The translations under genes were made by a program, and so were the position numbers. Source: an uncultured bacterium (GTDB taxonomy: Bacteria > Patescibacteriota > Gracilibacteria > UBA1369 > PNNO01). Taken from it: a DNA stretch of 32,000 nucleotides. This document shows, one piece after another, positions 17,180 through 24,999 of the stretch (positions within the stretch are counted from its first letter, which is position 1; each line of letters opens with the position of its first letter). The stretch spans positions 1,140,001 to 1,172,000 of the forward strand of contig OY969931.1 of NCBI GenBank assembly GCA_963704705.1. The letters are read 5' to 3'. A model generated the notes under the pieces. The model searched no databases and had not been told where the DNA came from. It saw only the letters and a list, made by a program, of their open reading frames with translations.

Positions 17180-18106
17180 TTATAAAACTGATTTTAAATC
17201 TTCCTTCATAGCAATTACCGCTGCCCTTGCAGCTTCTGCGTAAGTCTTTTCATCGAATGAATCGTTTTTTTCATACGCAAAAATCACACCCCTTGAAGAG
17301 TTAACTATCGCACCCATTCCATCTTCATTAAAACACGCACGCACATCTTCTGCGCCTCCTCCTTGCGCGCCGTATCCCGGAACCAAAAATATTGAATTCG
17401 GCATAATTTTTCGCAATTTTTTTGCCTGTTCAGGATAAGTTGCGCCAACAACCGCTCCAACAAAACTATATCCGCTTTCACCAATATCGTCCGCTCCCCA
17501 TGAATCAACAAAGTTACCTAAAATTTCATAAACTGTGTTGCCATCATCCATTTTTAAATCCTGAAGATCAATTGATGTTGGATTTGAAGTTTTAACCAAA
17601 ATAAAAATACCTTTTCCGAATTTTCTGCAATTTTCAATAAAAGGCTTAATTCCGTCATATCCGAGATAAGGAGTAACCGTGATCGCATCAGCATCAAAAA
17701 CAGCCCGCGATTCACCATAAACATCAGTCATTCCCAAATATGCATCAGCGTAAGCTTTTGCAGTTGAACCAATATCATTTCGCTTAACATCAGCAATAAC
17801 TAAAAGCCCTTTGCTCTGGGCATAATCAATTGTTTCTTTAAAAGCCTGCATTCCGGGTGCTCCATAAATTTCATAAAATGCAATCTGCGGTTTAACACAT
17901 GGTACCAAATCATGAACCGCATCAATAATTCCTTTGTTAAATTCAATAATCGCTGCTGCTGCCGCAACAAACGGGTCTTTTTGTTCTTTTGCCGCTGCTT
18001 CAGTTATTTGCTGAGGAATCTGATTTAAACGCGGATCCAAGCCAACGCAAATCGCGCTGCCTTTAGCTTTAATTGCCTCATTCAATCTATCTGCAAAATT
18101 TTTCAT
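17180..18106 (-). CDS. pyrF: Orotidine-5'-phosphate decarboxylase, type 2
   Basis: ICVGLDPR and ADVKRNDIGSTAKAY motifs with a ~308-aa length typical of long-form PyrF. It is the last gene of the pyr operon. Confidence 0.9.
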   Translation of the reverse strand: MKNFADRLNEAIKAKGSAICVGLDPRLNQIPQQITEAAAKEQKDPFVAAAAAIIEFNKGIIDAVHDLVPCVKPQIAFYEIYGAPGMQAFKETIDYAQSKGLLVIADVKRNDIGSTAKAYADAYLGMTDVYGESRAVFDADAITVTPYLGYDGIKPFIENCRKFGKGIFILVKTSNPTSIDLQDLKMDDGNTVYEILGNFVDSWGADDIGESGYSFVGAVVGATYPEQAKKLRKIMPNSIFLVPGYGAQGGGAEDVRACFNEDGMGAIVNSSRGVIFAYEKNDSFDEKTYAEAARAAVIAMKEDLKSVL

Positions 18107-18109
18107 AAA

Positions 18110-18748
18110 TTATTTACGGTTAGGTCCCCATTCCTGAGGATTTTTGAAATATTCACGAACCTGCTGGGCTTCTTCTTCAGTTACATTTCCACCTTTAACT
18201 GCAACATCAAGCAACACTGAAACATTTGTTAAAGTAGAAGCTGCCACGCTTGCCTCTCTAAAGCCGTTTTCTGCTTTCTCGGTTCCATAAGTGAAAATAG
18301 CAAAAACATCATGAACAATGCCTTTGCCTTCACCTCTTAAAGCTTCAACGGTTTTAAGTGCGCTTCCGCCGGTCGTAATTAAATCTTCAATAACCAAAAT
18401 TGATTTTCCTTCAGGAAGATATCCTTCAATTTGTTTTCCTGCGCCGTGACCTTTTGGTTCAGATCTTACATAGACCATTGGCAATCCCATTATTTCAGCA
18501 ACAAATGCTGCCCATGGAATTCCCGCAGTTGAAGTTCCGGCAATATAATCAGGCTTCAATCCTTTTTCCTCAGCCATTTTCACAAGACCGTCCACAACAA
18601 CGCTTCGCTCATCAACATAAGAAATCAAAACACGGTTGTCAGTGTAGATTGGGCCTTTTAAACCAGAAGTATATTGAAAAGGTTCTTTAACATTTAATTT
18701 AACGGCATTCACCTTCAGCAGAATCTCCGCAACTTGGGGTGCAAGCAT
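18110..18748 (-). CDS. pyrE: Orotate phosphoribosyltransferase
   Basis: PRPP-binding motif ILVIEDLITTGGSALK and FQYTSGLKGPIYTDNR. The track start overlaps the pyrK 3' end by 50 nt. Confidence 0.92.
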   Translation of the reverse strand: MLAPQVAEILLKVNAVKLNVKEPFQYTSGLKGPIYTDNRVLISYVDERSVVVDGLVKMAEEKGLKPDYIAGTSTAGIPWAAFVAEIMGLPMVYVRSEPKGHGAGKQIEGYLPEGKSILVIEDLITTGGSALKTVEALRGEGKGIVHDVFAIFTYGTEKAENGFREASVAASTLTNVSVLLDVAVKGGNVTEEEAQQVREYFKNPQEWGPNRK

Positions 18749-19565
18749 TTTCTTTTGGGGTTATAAAATATTCTTTTTTTCCAACGCTGTCGCGATGATA
18801 TTTTCCAAAGTCATCAAACATTTTTGCGACTTTAAAGTTCATTACGGGTCCGCTTACGCAAGTTCTTATTCCAAGCGGATCAACAACGCACTGACCGCAG
18901 ACTCCGAATCCGCATTTCATGTATCGTTCTATTGAAACAAACGTATTAACACCTGCATTTTCTCCTATTTCTCCGACTTTTTGCATCATAATTTCAGGAC
19001 CGCATGTCATAATTTTATCAACTTTTACATCTTCTAAAACCTTCTTCAAAACTTCTGTGTTGTATCCTTTAAACCCTTCTGATCCGTCATCAGTTGAAAT
19101 ATGTAAATTCACATTTTCGAGCGCTTTTAATTTTTCCATATAAACCAAATTCTCTTTGCTTCGCGCTCCTTCAATAAATTCAATTTTGCATCCCATTTTT
19201 ACTGCTTCATGAGCAACAAAATAAAGTGGAGCCGCGCCATAACCTCCGCCAACAAGAGCCAATGTTTCACCTTCAACAAAATGAAAGTTTGTTCCGAATG
19301 GTCCCCTAATTCCAAGCTTATCTCCCACTTTCATTTTTGCCATTTCTTGAGTTGTTTTGCCACGCGAACAAATGGTTAAAACCAGCTGCTTGCCATCATC
19401 AAGCGCAATTGAGATTGGCTTTTCATCAACCCCGGGCATCCAAAGCATTACAAATTGGCCGGGTTTTGAATCCAAACTTATATCAAAATAAAAATTTTTA
19501 ACGATTTCATTTTCGTCTTCAATTTTTACAATTGGCACTACTTTTGGGAGTTGTTCTTTGTTCAT
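18699..19565 (-). CDS. pyrK: Dihydroorotate dehydrogenase B electron-transfer subunit
   Basis: FNR-like fold with a C-terminal 2Fe-2S motif CGFGVCGQCVV...C. ATGA overlap with pyrD. Confidence 0.9.
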   Translation of the reverse strand: MNKEQLPKVVPIVKIEDENEIVKNFYFDISLDSKPGQFVMLWMPGVDEKPISIALDDGKQLVLTICSRGKTTQEMAKMKVGDKLGIRGPFGTNFHFVEGETLALVGGGYGAAPLYFVAHEAVKMGCKIEFIEGARSKENLVYMEKLKALENVNLHISTDDGSEGFKGYNTEVLKKVLEDVKVDKIMTCGPEIMMQKVGEIGENAGVNTFVSIERYMKCGFGVCGQCVVDPLGIRTCVSGPVMNFKVAKMFDDFGKYHRDSVGKKEYFITPKENACTPSCGDSAEGECR

Positions 19566-20482
19566 AATTTTACGGTTCCGATTATTTCAGAGGCGTCCTT
19601 AACGCCGTTTTTGTCGCACCAGTCAGACATTTCTTGCGCAACCTTTCTAAAAACATCAGCGCCGCGGTAAAACACAGCTGAGCCGATTCCAACAAGTGTT
19701 GCGCCAGCCATCATAATTTCAAGCGCGTCTAAGCCTGTTGTTATTCCGCCTGTTCCTATTATTGGGAGTTTTGTTGCCTGATAAATGTCACTCACTTTTT
19801 TAACTGCGAGCGGTTTGATTGCGGGTCCGCTAATTCCGCCGACTTTGTTTGCTAAAATTGGCATTCTTGTTTCAAGATTTATTGCGAGTCCCGGGCCTAA
19901 AGTATTGATTGCACAAAATCCGTCCGCACCGCCTTCTGCGCATGCGTTAGCTATTTCTACAATGTTGGTCACGTTCGGACTAAGCTTAATTATAACCGGT
20001 TTGTTCTTTGCTACTTTTTTAACTTCTTGTGTTACTTGTTTTGCATCCATTGCAACACATGCAAAAGGCAGCCCGAGTTCATCTTCAACATTCGGACAAG
20101 AAATATTCACCTCGATAATATCCACATCAAGTTTATCAATCTCCTGCGCAATCTTTGAAAATTCATCTTTTTTGCCTGCCATAATGTTAGCAATTAATGG
20201 TGCAGGTTTATTTTTTGAATAAAGTGCGATCTCTTCTTTGGCTTTTTCTATACCCGCATCAGGAGCTCCAACCGCATTCATCATCCAGTGTTCTGTTGTT
20301 ATAATTGTTGGATTCGGATGGCCAATGTGTTCGTTAAGCCAGATTGATTTTGTTGTGATTCCGCCTGCACCACTGTTCACCACACTTTTCCATGTTGATG
20401 CGGTCACGCCTAAAACGCCTGAAGCTAGAACCGTTGGGTTCACAAATTCAGTTCCAAGATATTTTACTTTAAGGTTGGCCAT
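19562..20482 (-). CDS. pyrD: Dihydroorotate dehydrogenase, class 1B catalytic subunit
   Basis: Motifs include FVNPTVLASG, NISCPN, GGISGPAIKP and GTGGI. It is paired with pyrK. Confidence 0.93.
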   Translation of the reverse strand: MANLKVKYLGTEFVNPTVLASGVLGVTASTWKSVVNSGAGGITTKSIWLNEHIGHPNPTIITTEHWMMNAVGAPDAGIEKAKEEIALYSKNKPAPLIANIMAGKKDEFSKIAQEIDKLDVDIIEVNISCPNVEDELGLPFACVAMDAKQVTQEVKKVAKNKPVIIKLSPNVTNIVEIANACAEGGADGFCAINTLGPGLAINLETRMPILANKVGGISGPAIKPLAVKKVSDIYQATKLPIIGTGGITTGLDALEIMMAGATLVGIGSAVFYRGADVFRKVAQEMSDWCDKNGVKDASEIIGTVKL

Positions 20483-20488
20483 TTGGTT

Positions 20489-20494
20489 AATTTA
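20489..20494 (-). promoter_or_regulatory. -10-like TAAATT, 6 nt before the pyrD ATG
   Basis: Read directly. It would let pyrDKEF be expressed independently of the inserted cassette. Confidence 0.35.
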
Positions 20495-20588
20495 GGGTCC
20501 TTCAGAGACGCAAGTCTCTAGCGAGCAAAAACATATCGCGAGCTTAGCATGAGTCCCGCTAAGCGGGATGAATTCCTTTAATATTTAA

Positions 20589-20633
20589 TCATAAAAGTAG
20601 GAGGCTGACTAGGAAAAGATTTAAGTGTTTCAT
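20589..20633 (-). CDS. Possible 14-aa hydrophobic micro-ORF (MKHLNLFLVSLLLL)
   Basis: Hand translation. GGAGGG lies 5 nt upstream of the ATG. The ORF is very short, so it is only tentative. Confidence 0.25.
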   Translation of the reverse strand: MKHLNLFLVSLLLL

Positions 20634-20643
20634 ATTTGCCCTC

Positions 20644-20781
20644 CTACTTGATGATCCCATACACGATGAGTCCCAGAAGCACTATGCAGAAGACTATAAG
20701 TCTGATGTACAGCCATACTGCTTCGGCATCTTCGATCGCCTTGAGTTCCTCAGGTGTCGGGTTCTCAAACATTTTAAACAC
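20644..20781 (-). CDS. 45-aa single-TM micro-protein (GTG start; 42 aa if ATG at 20772)
   Basis: Hand translation (M)FKMFENPTPEELKAIEDAEAVWLYIRLIVFCIVLLGLIVYGIIK. AGGAGG at 20789-20794 lies 7 nt before the GTG. It is below the ORF-track cutoff. Confidence 0.5.
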   Translation of the reverse strand: MFKMFENPTPEELKAIEDAEAVWLYIRLIVFCIVLLGLIVYGIIK

Positions 20782-20818
20782 TTCGGTTCCTCCTTTCTAG
20801 TCAGCCGTTAGCTGACGT

Positions 20819-20962
20819 TCAAGCGAACAAAACAACGAGATCTGCAACTGCAAGCGCAAAAGCACCATGAACCATGTAGTTCGGATTGCTAAGCGCAACA
20901 ATAGCAGCCCCAAATCCGACAACAAATGCTCCAACGCAAAGTGCTGCCATAAGTTTAGACAA
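20819..20962 (-). CDS. 47-aa two-TM micro-protein (TTG start; 43 aa if ATG at 20950)
   Basis: It is the C-terminal part of the track's 106-aa ORF. AGGGGGG lies 5 nt before the TTG. Sequence: (M)SKLMAALCVGAFVVGFGAAIVALSNPNYMVHGAFALAVADLVVLFA. Confidence 0.45.
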   Translation of the reverse strand: MSKLMAALCVGAFVVGFGAAIVALSNPNYMVHGAFALAVADLVVLFA

Positions 20963-20985
20963 TTTTGCCCCCCTTTTTACAATAT

Positions 20986-21102
20986 CTAGCTCAGGTTGAT
21001 GTTTTGGTAGATGCAGAACCCCACGAACAGAGCCTCTGTTCCTACCATGAAAGCAAAAATCAAAACGTCCCAATGCTTTTGGATCCACTTGCGAGTCGTC
21101 AT
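20986..21102 (-). CDS. 38-aa single-TM micro-protein
   Basis: Verified codon by codon as MTTRKWIQKHWDVLIFAFMVGTEALFVGFCIYQNINLS. GGAGGG at 21110-21115 lies 7 nt before the ATG. It is in a different frame from the track's 106-aa ORF. Confidence 0.5.
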   Translation of the reverse strand: MTTRKWIQKHWDVLIFAFMVGTEALFVGFCIYQNINLS

Positions 21103-21122
21103 TCTGTGTCCCTCCGTTTAAC

Positions 21123-21148
21123 GCCAGCCCTGTTTTCAAAGGACCAGC
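21123..21148 (-). promoter_or_regulatory. Conserved 5'-leader hairpin, copy A (minus strand GCTGGTCCT-TTGAAAAC-AGGGCTGGC), upstream of the 38-aa ORF
   Basis: 26-nt element paralogous to 21685-21710. The stem is kept through G-U wobbles that work only on the minus-strand RNA. Confidence 0.55.
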
Positions 21149-21284
21149 ACTAAAACACTTTGTTTGAAGGTTTGTAGCGCAAAAAACCCTTTAAGGTGAG
21201 TATAGTAAAGTATTTAAAATTTTAAAACAAGTTTTTATTTGGGAATTCGGCTGGCGGGGTTGTTGTGCCGAATTGGAAGGATTC

Positions 21285-21527
21285 TCATGACTTTGGCTTT
21301 AGTGCGATGATGAGAAGATAGATCATGAGACCTATCAATCCCAATGCACAAAGCGATGCACATATTCCGAAAATGATCGAACCCAGAGCAAAGGGCTTGC
21401 CTCCGGCCACGAAACGGTCGGCATCACAGCATGAGAGCATGAGAAGAAAGGTGAGAAGCCCGATGCATGCAAACAGCATCAGTGCTTTTTTGATGGGAGA
21501 GGGCTCGTAAGGTTCAAGTTTCTTCAT
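21285..21527 (-). CDS. 80-aa two-TM micro-protein
   Basis: ORF-track entry with hydrophobic segments ALMLFACIGLLTFLLML and LGSIIFGICASLCALGLIGLMIYLLIIAL. The ATG overlaps the stop of the upstream 46-aa ORF (ATGA). AAGGAA lies upstream. Confidence 0.6.
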   Translation of the reverse strand: MKKLEPYEPSPIKKALMLFACIGLLTFLLMLSCCDADRFVAGGKPFALGSIIFGICASLCALGLIGLMIYLLIIALKPKS

Positions 21528-21664
21528 GGTTTCCTTTCATGTAAGTTTACGTTGCAGCTTGGGGCCTTTAAATCTCCTCTTTCGAGTGAAACCGAGAATC
21601 CCAAGGCCAGCATCAGTGCCATCAGCACGAATGCGAACAACACGAACGCGTTACTTCCCTTCAC
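21524..21664 (-). CDS. 46-aa N-terminally hydrophobic micro-protein (GTG start)
   Basis: Verified codon by codon as (M)KGSNAFVLFAFVLMALMLALGFSVSLERGDLKAPSCNVNLHERKP. GGAGGA at 21671-21676 lies 6 nt before the GTG. It is translationally coupled to the 80-aa ORF. Confidence 0.5.
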   Translation of the reverse strand: MKGSNAFVLFAFVLMALMLALGFSVSLERGDLKAPSCNVNLHERKP

Positions 21665-21684
21665 TTTTTGTCCTCCAATTTTCC

Positions 21685-21710
21685 GCCAGCCTGATTTTCA
21701 AAGGTCTGGC
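21685..21710 (-). promoter_or_regulatory. Conserved 5'-leader hairpin, copy B (minus strand GCCAGACCT-TTGAAAATC-AGGCTGGC), upstream of the 46-aa ORF
   Basis: It has the same position relative to the SD/start as copy A. Confidence 0.55.
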
Positions 21711-21782
21711 TAAATCTGCTTGTTTTGCGATTCTAACCTAATCCTTTGGAAAAGAATTAAAGCACAGGGTAAACAAATTTGC

Positions 21783-21809
21783 AAATAGTCAAATTTTCCC
21801 CGGGGAAAA
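21783..21809. repeat. 27-nt exact repeat AAATAGTCAAATTTTCCCCGGGGAAAA, copy 1, abutting the pyrC stop codon; likely the pyrBC terminator
   Basis: It contains the 16-bp perfect palindrome TTTTCCCCGGGGAAAA. On the minus strand this is followed by TTTGACTATTT. It is identical to 29052-29078. Confidence 0.9.
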
Positions 21810-23117
21810 CTATAATGAAACCTCGGCACCCTTCAAATCTCCTGAATTTACTATCTTGCCATCTTTCATTCCCAATATACCATTAACAAATGTCATTACT
21901 GGCCAGCCTTTGAGCTTTCGGCCATTGTACGGTGACCATCCGCATTTGGTATAAAGCTCAGAATTCTTGACCTCACGCATCAAATTCATATCAACAACAG
22001 TTAAATCAGCGTCATAACCTGCTTTAATTTGCCCCTTTTTCTTTAAACCGAATAATTCAGCAGGTTTTCTGCTCAACAATTCAACAACATGTTTTAATTC
22101 AATTTTCTCATCATTAACAGCATTAAGCATTAAAGCCAGCGTAGTATCAAGTTCGGGAATTCCTGATGGAGCTTCAATATAAGGTTTTTCTTTCTCTTTT
22201 TTCAGATGCGGAGCATGATCCGACGCTATTATTGTAATTATTCCGTCATTTAATGCCTTCCACAAAACATCTTGATCGTGCTGGCCGCGCACAGGCGGAT
22301 TAACTTTAATAAAATTTCCTAGCCTGACATAATCGCGAATCGCCAAAAATAAATGGTGCGGAGCAACTTCGCATGTAATTTTTTTGCTGCCGAATTTACG
22401 CATTAAGCCAACTTCTTTTTTAGTGCTCATGTGGCAAAGATGCAATCTGCCCTCTGTTTTTTTTGCAATGTGTATTGCTTTTTTTGCTGCCTCAAAAGCT
22501 ATTTCGTCGCTGCGAATTAAGCTGTGCACTTCAGGTGTGTTGTCGCCTTTATATGTATCAGCGTGTTTTTTCATCAGACTTTCATCTTCAGCATGAATCG
22601 CAACAATACGCTCTGTTGAATTAAGCATTTTTTCCAAAACTTCAGATGACTTTTCTATACCGTCCTTAATTTGAATTCCTGTTGTTGCACCCATATAAAC
22701 TTTATATCCAACAATACCTTCAGCTTTCATACACTCATCAAAGTTGTCAGGCCCTGCTCCAAAAAACAAACCATAATTCACCAAAGCCTTCTTGCTAATA
22801 ATCGCGCGTTTTGCCTCAAGCGCCTTAACTGTTGTTGTTGGAGGTTTTGTATTAGGCATGTCAAAAACAGTTGTGAAACCTCCTGCTAAAGCTGCCTTTG
22901 AACCTGTTGTCCAGTCCTCCTTTTCTTCGTTACCAGGTGTTCTAAAATGAACATGAGCGTCAATACAGCCCGGAATCAAATATTTACCTGTTAAATTATA
23001 TTCTTTATCAGCTTTCACATTAATTGTTTCTGCAACCTTTTCGATTACTGCGCCGTTCACAAGCACATCTTTGGTTGTTCCGTCAGCTAATTTTGCATTT
23101 TTGAATAGGGTTTTCAT
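21810..23117 (-). CDS. pyrC: Dihydroorotase
   Basis: Amidohydrolase metal motif CIDAHVHFRTPG, then HLCHMST and ASDHAPH. ATGA overlap with pyrB. Confidence 0.93.
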   Translation of the reverse strand: MKTLFKNAKLADGTTKDVLVNGAVIEKVAETINVKADKEYNLTGKYLIPGCIDAHVHFRTPGNEEKEDWTTGSKAALAGGFTTVFDMPNTKPPTTTVKALEAKRAIISKKALVNYGLFFGAGPDNFDECMKAEGIVGYKVYMGATTGIQIKDGIEKSSEVLEKMLNSTERIVAIHAEDESLMKKHADTYKGDNTPEVHSLIRSDEIAFEAAKKAIHIAKKTEGRLHLCHMSTKKEVGLMRKFGSKKITCEVAPHHLFLAIRDYVRLGNFIKVNPPVRGQHDQDVLWKALNDGIITIIASDHAPHLKKEKEKPYIEAPSGIPELDTTLALMLNAVNDEKIELKHVVELLSRKPAELFGLKKKGQIKAGYDADLTVVDMNLMREVKNSELYTKCGWSPYNGRKLKGWPVMTFVNGILGMKDGKIVNSGDLKGAEVSL

Positions 23118-24004
23118 GCTAGGAGTGTTAAGAGCGCCATCCTTACAGCAACTCCATATTCAACCTGTTTAAAATATTTTGCGTTTTCCATCTCATCCAC
23201 ATCATGCGAAATTTCATGAACTCGTGGAAGCGGGTGCATAATTATAGCATTCGGACACAATTCTTCAATCAGCTTTTTATTCAAAATATATACATCTTTT
23301 AATGTTTCATATTCCTGACTGTCAGCAAACCTTTCCTGTTGGATTCTTGTGCAGTACAAAACATCAGCCTCTTTAATGCCCTCCTTAAAATCTTCTGATT
23401 CTTCATATTTAATTCCCTTTTCATCCAAAAACTCTTTAACTTCAGGCTTCATTTTAAGTTCAGGAGGAGAAACAAATTTAAATTCAACATCATAATTCGC
23501 AAGCAGATAAGCCAGAGAATTCGGACATCTTCCATATCTCAGATCACCGGTCATCACAACTTTAAGTCCATCAAGCTTTCCCAGTTCTTTTTGAATCGTA
23601 AATAAATCCAATAATGCCTGAGTTGGATGCTGGCCAGCCCCGTCGCCTGCATTTATAACCGGAACGCTTGAGTTTTTCGCGAAAATAGTTGCTGAACCAC
23701 TGTCTGGATGTCTTACAACAATCACATCCGCAAACTTAGAAACAACTTTTGCAGTGTCATCAAGAGTTTCGCCTTTAACAATTGAACTAGCACCTACATC
23801 AGTCACACTAATTACACTGCCTCCTAACTTATGCATTGCTGTTTCAAATGAAAGGCGTGTACGTGTAGAAGGCTCATAAAAAAGGGCTGCGAGGATCTTT
23901 CCTTTTAAATCGTCACCTCTGTAATTCAAAAAAGACTCAGCTTTCTGAAGTATCTCTTCAATTTCTTTTTTAGAAAGCTGTTCTGAGTTAAGTAAATGTT
24001 GCAT
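23114..24004 (-). CDS. pyrB: Aspartate carbamoyltransferase catalytic subunit
   Basis: STRTRLSFE, HPTQALLD and HPLPR motifs. Confidence 0.95.
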   Translation of the reverse strand: MQHLLNSEQLSKKEIEEILQKAESFLNYRGDDLKGKILAALFYEPSTRTRLSFETAMHKLGGSVISVTDVGASSIVKGETLDDTAKVVSKFADVIVVRHPDSGSATIFAKNSSVPVINAGDGAGQHPTQALLDLFTIQKELGKLDGLKVVMTGDLRYGRCPNSLAYLLANYDVEFKFVSPPELKMKPEVKEFLDEKGIKYEESEDFKEGIKEADVLYCTRIQQERFADSQEYETLKDVYILNKKLIEELCPNAIIMHPLPRVHEISHDVDEMENAKYFKQVEYGVAVRMALLTLLA

Positions 24005-24012
24005 GCTACTTG

Positions 24013-24018
24013 ATTATA
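24013..24018 (-). promoter_or_regulatory. -10 TATAAT, 8 nt before the pyrB ATG
   Basis: Read directly on the minus strand as TATAAT-caagtagc-ATG. Confidence 0.4.
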
Positions 24019-24090
24019 ATTGTAAACAGTTTAACACTTTACAAAAAAATTCAAAGTGGTAAGATCTCCACCTATACATAATCTAAAAAT

Positions 24091-24999
24091 ATGTCAGAAA
24101 AATTAATTTTAAATAAACCTAATAAAGCAATTGATTGTATGAAAAGATGGATGGCAATGGATTTTGAACAAATGTCCGACACTGATCATTTTGCTGCATT
24201 CTATGGTTATTGCGAAATGTTAGCTGAAGAACTTGAATCAACACAAGGTATTGATTTAAGTATTATAAAAAATAAATTAAATAAAATGCTGGGTACCTAT
24301 AAAGAATTAATGGACATACGTTACCCTGATGCTATGTCAGGATTAGATTCCAGTTATTCTCATTTTACTCCATTGGAAAGGATTTCAATGCGAAACGAGC
24401 CTATGCTTCTTGAAATTAGTATGAATCAGTTAATGATTGAATTCAAAGAAATTGCTGAAAGACTCCTTGAAATGATTGAAGATGATGAATCCCCTGACAA
24501 AGTATATGATTTCAAAATTCTGGGAGATGATGTTGAGCAACAACTGGAAAGTATTGTAGGAGAAGTTGAATCATTATCAACCATTCCTGATGATGTTGAA
24601 ATGGACAGACTTATTTTTAGAAATTTATACGAGCATACAAGTATTCTTTTACAGCTTATAATTGAAAGAGGTAAATTAATCAGCCTATCACAAGAAGATA
24701 CTGATAAATTCATAGGCATGATAACTGCTATAGAAGAGGTTTTATTTGATGCTGAAATTGATCAAAACCGGCTTAAAGATGGCTACGATGAAATGGCTAA
24801 AGTAGCGCAAACTTTTCTGAATCGAATAAAAGTAACTCCTGAAGAACTTGAAGCAAATCAGACAGAAAGGGACGAATTTAATGATATTGCAGTAGGAAGC
24901 ACTTTGGGCGCGGTAGTCGAAGGAGTACGTGAAAAACTTATGGGCGCTTTGGTATTAATTAAAGGTGATAGACCTAAAGACCCATCCCAAAGTAATTAA
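24091..24999 (+). CDS. Orphan 302-aa highly acidic helical protein
   Basis: Clean ORF with host-like composition. No motif was recognised. Its 3' end overlaps the ugd 3' end by 26 nt (convergent). Confidence 0.6.
   Translation: MSEKLILNKPNKAIDCMKRWMAMDFEQMSDTDHFAAFYGYCEMLAEELESTQGIDLSIIKNKLNKMLGTYKELMDIRYPDAMSGLDSSYSHFTPLERISMRNEPMLLEISMNQLMIEFKEIAERLLEMIEDDESPDKVYDFKILGDDVEQQLESIVGEVESLSTIPDDVEMDRLIFRNLYEHTSILLQLIIERGKLISLSQEDTDKFIGMITAIEEVLFDAEIDQNRLKDGYDEMAKVAQTFLNRIKVTPEELEANQTERDEFNDIAVGSTLGAVVEGVREKLMGALVLIKGDRPKDPSQSN

Noticed and set aside
16895-17243. Plus-strand ORFs 16895-17089 and 16965-17243 in the GC-rich patch
   Set aside because: They overlap the better-supported minus-strand membrane ORF and its promoter/leader. 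Their sequences lack any domain or TM logic.
20483-20590. GC-rich hairpin-containing segment as a tRNA
   Set aside because: The hairpin loops are only 3-4 nt. There is no GTTCRA T-loop, no 7-nt anticodon loop and no acceptor-stem pairing.
20819-21139. ORF-track 106-aa ORF (TTG start) treated as a single gene
   Set aside because: Its N-terminal 60 aa are hydrophilic junk with no SD. The same DNA is better explained by two SD-led hydrophobic micro-ORFs: 20986-21102 in another frame, and 20819-20962.
21810-21860. Extended homology beyond the 27-nt repeat, i.e. an HNH gene fragment next to pyrC
   Set aside because: An ungapped comparison of the 32 nt following the next shared GAAAC gave about 10/32 matches, i.e. 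random. The apparent peptide similarity (ET..SP..TI) comes from a single shared TCTCC.
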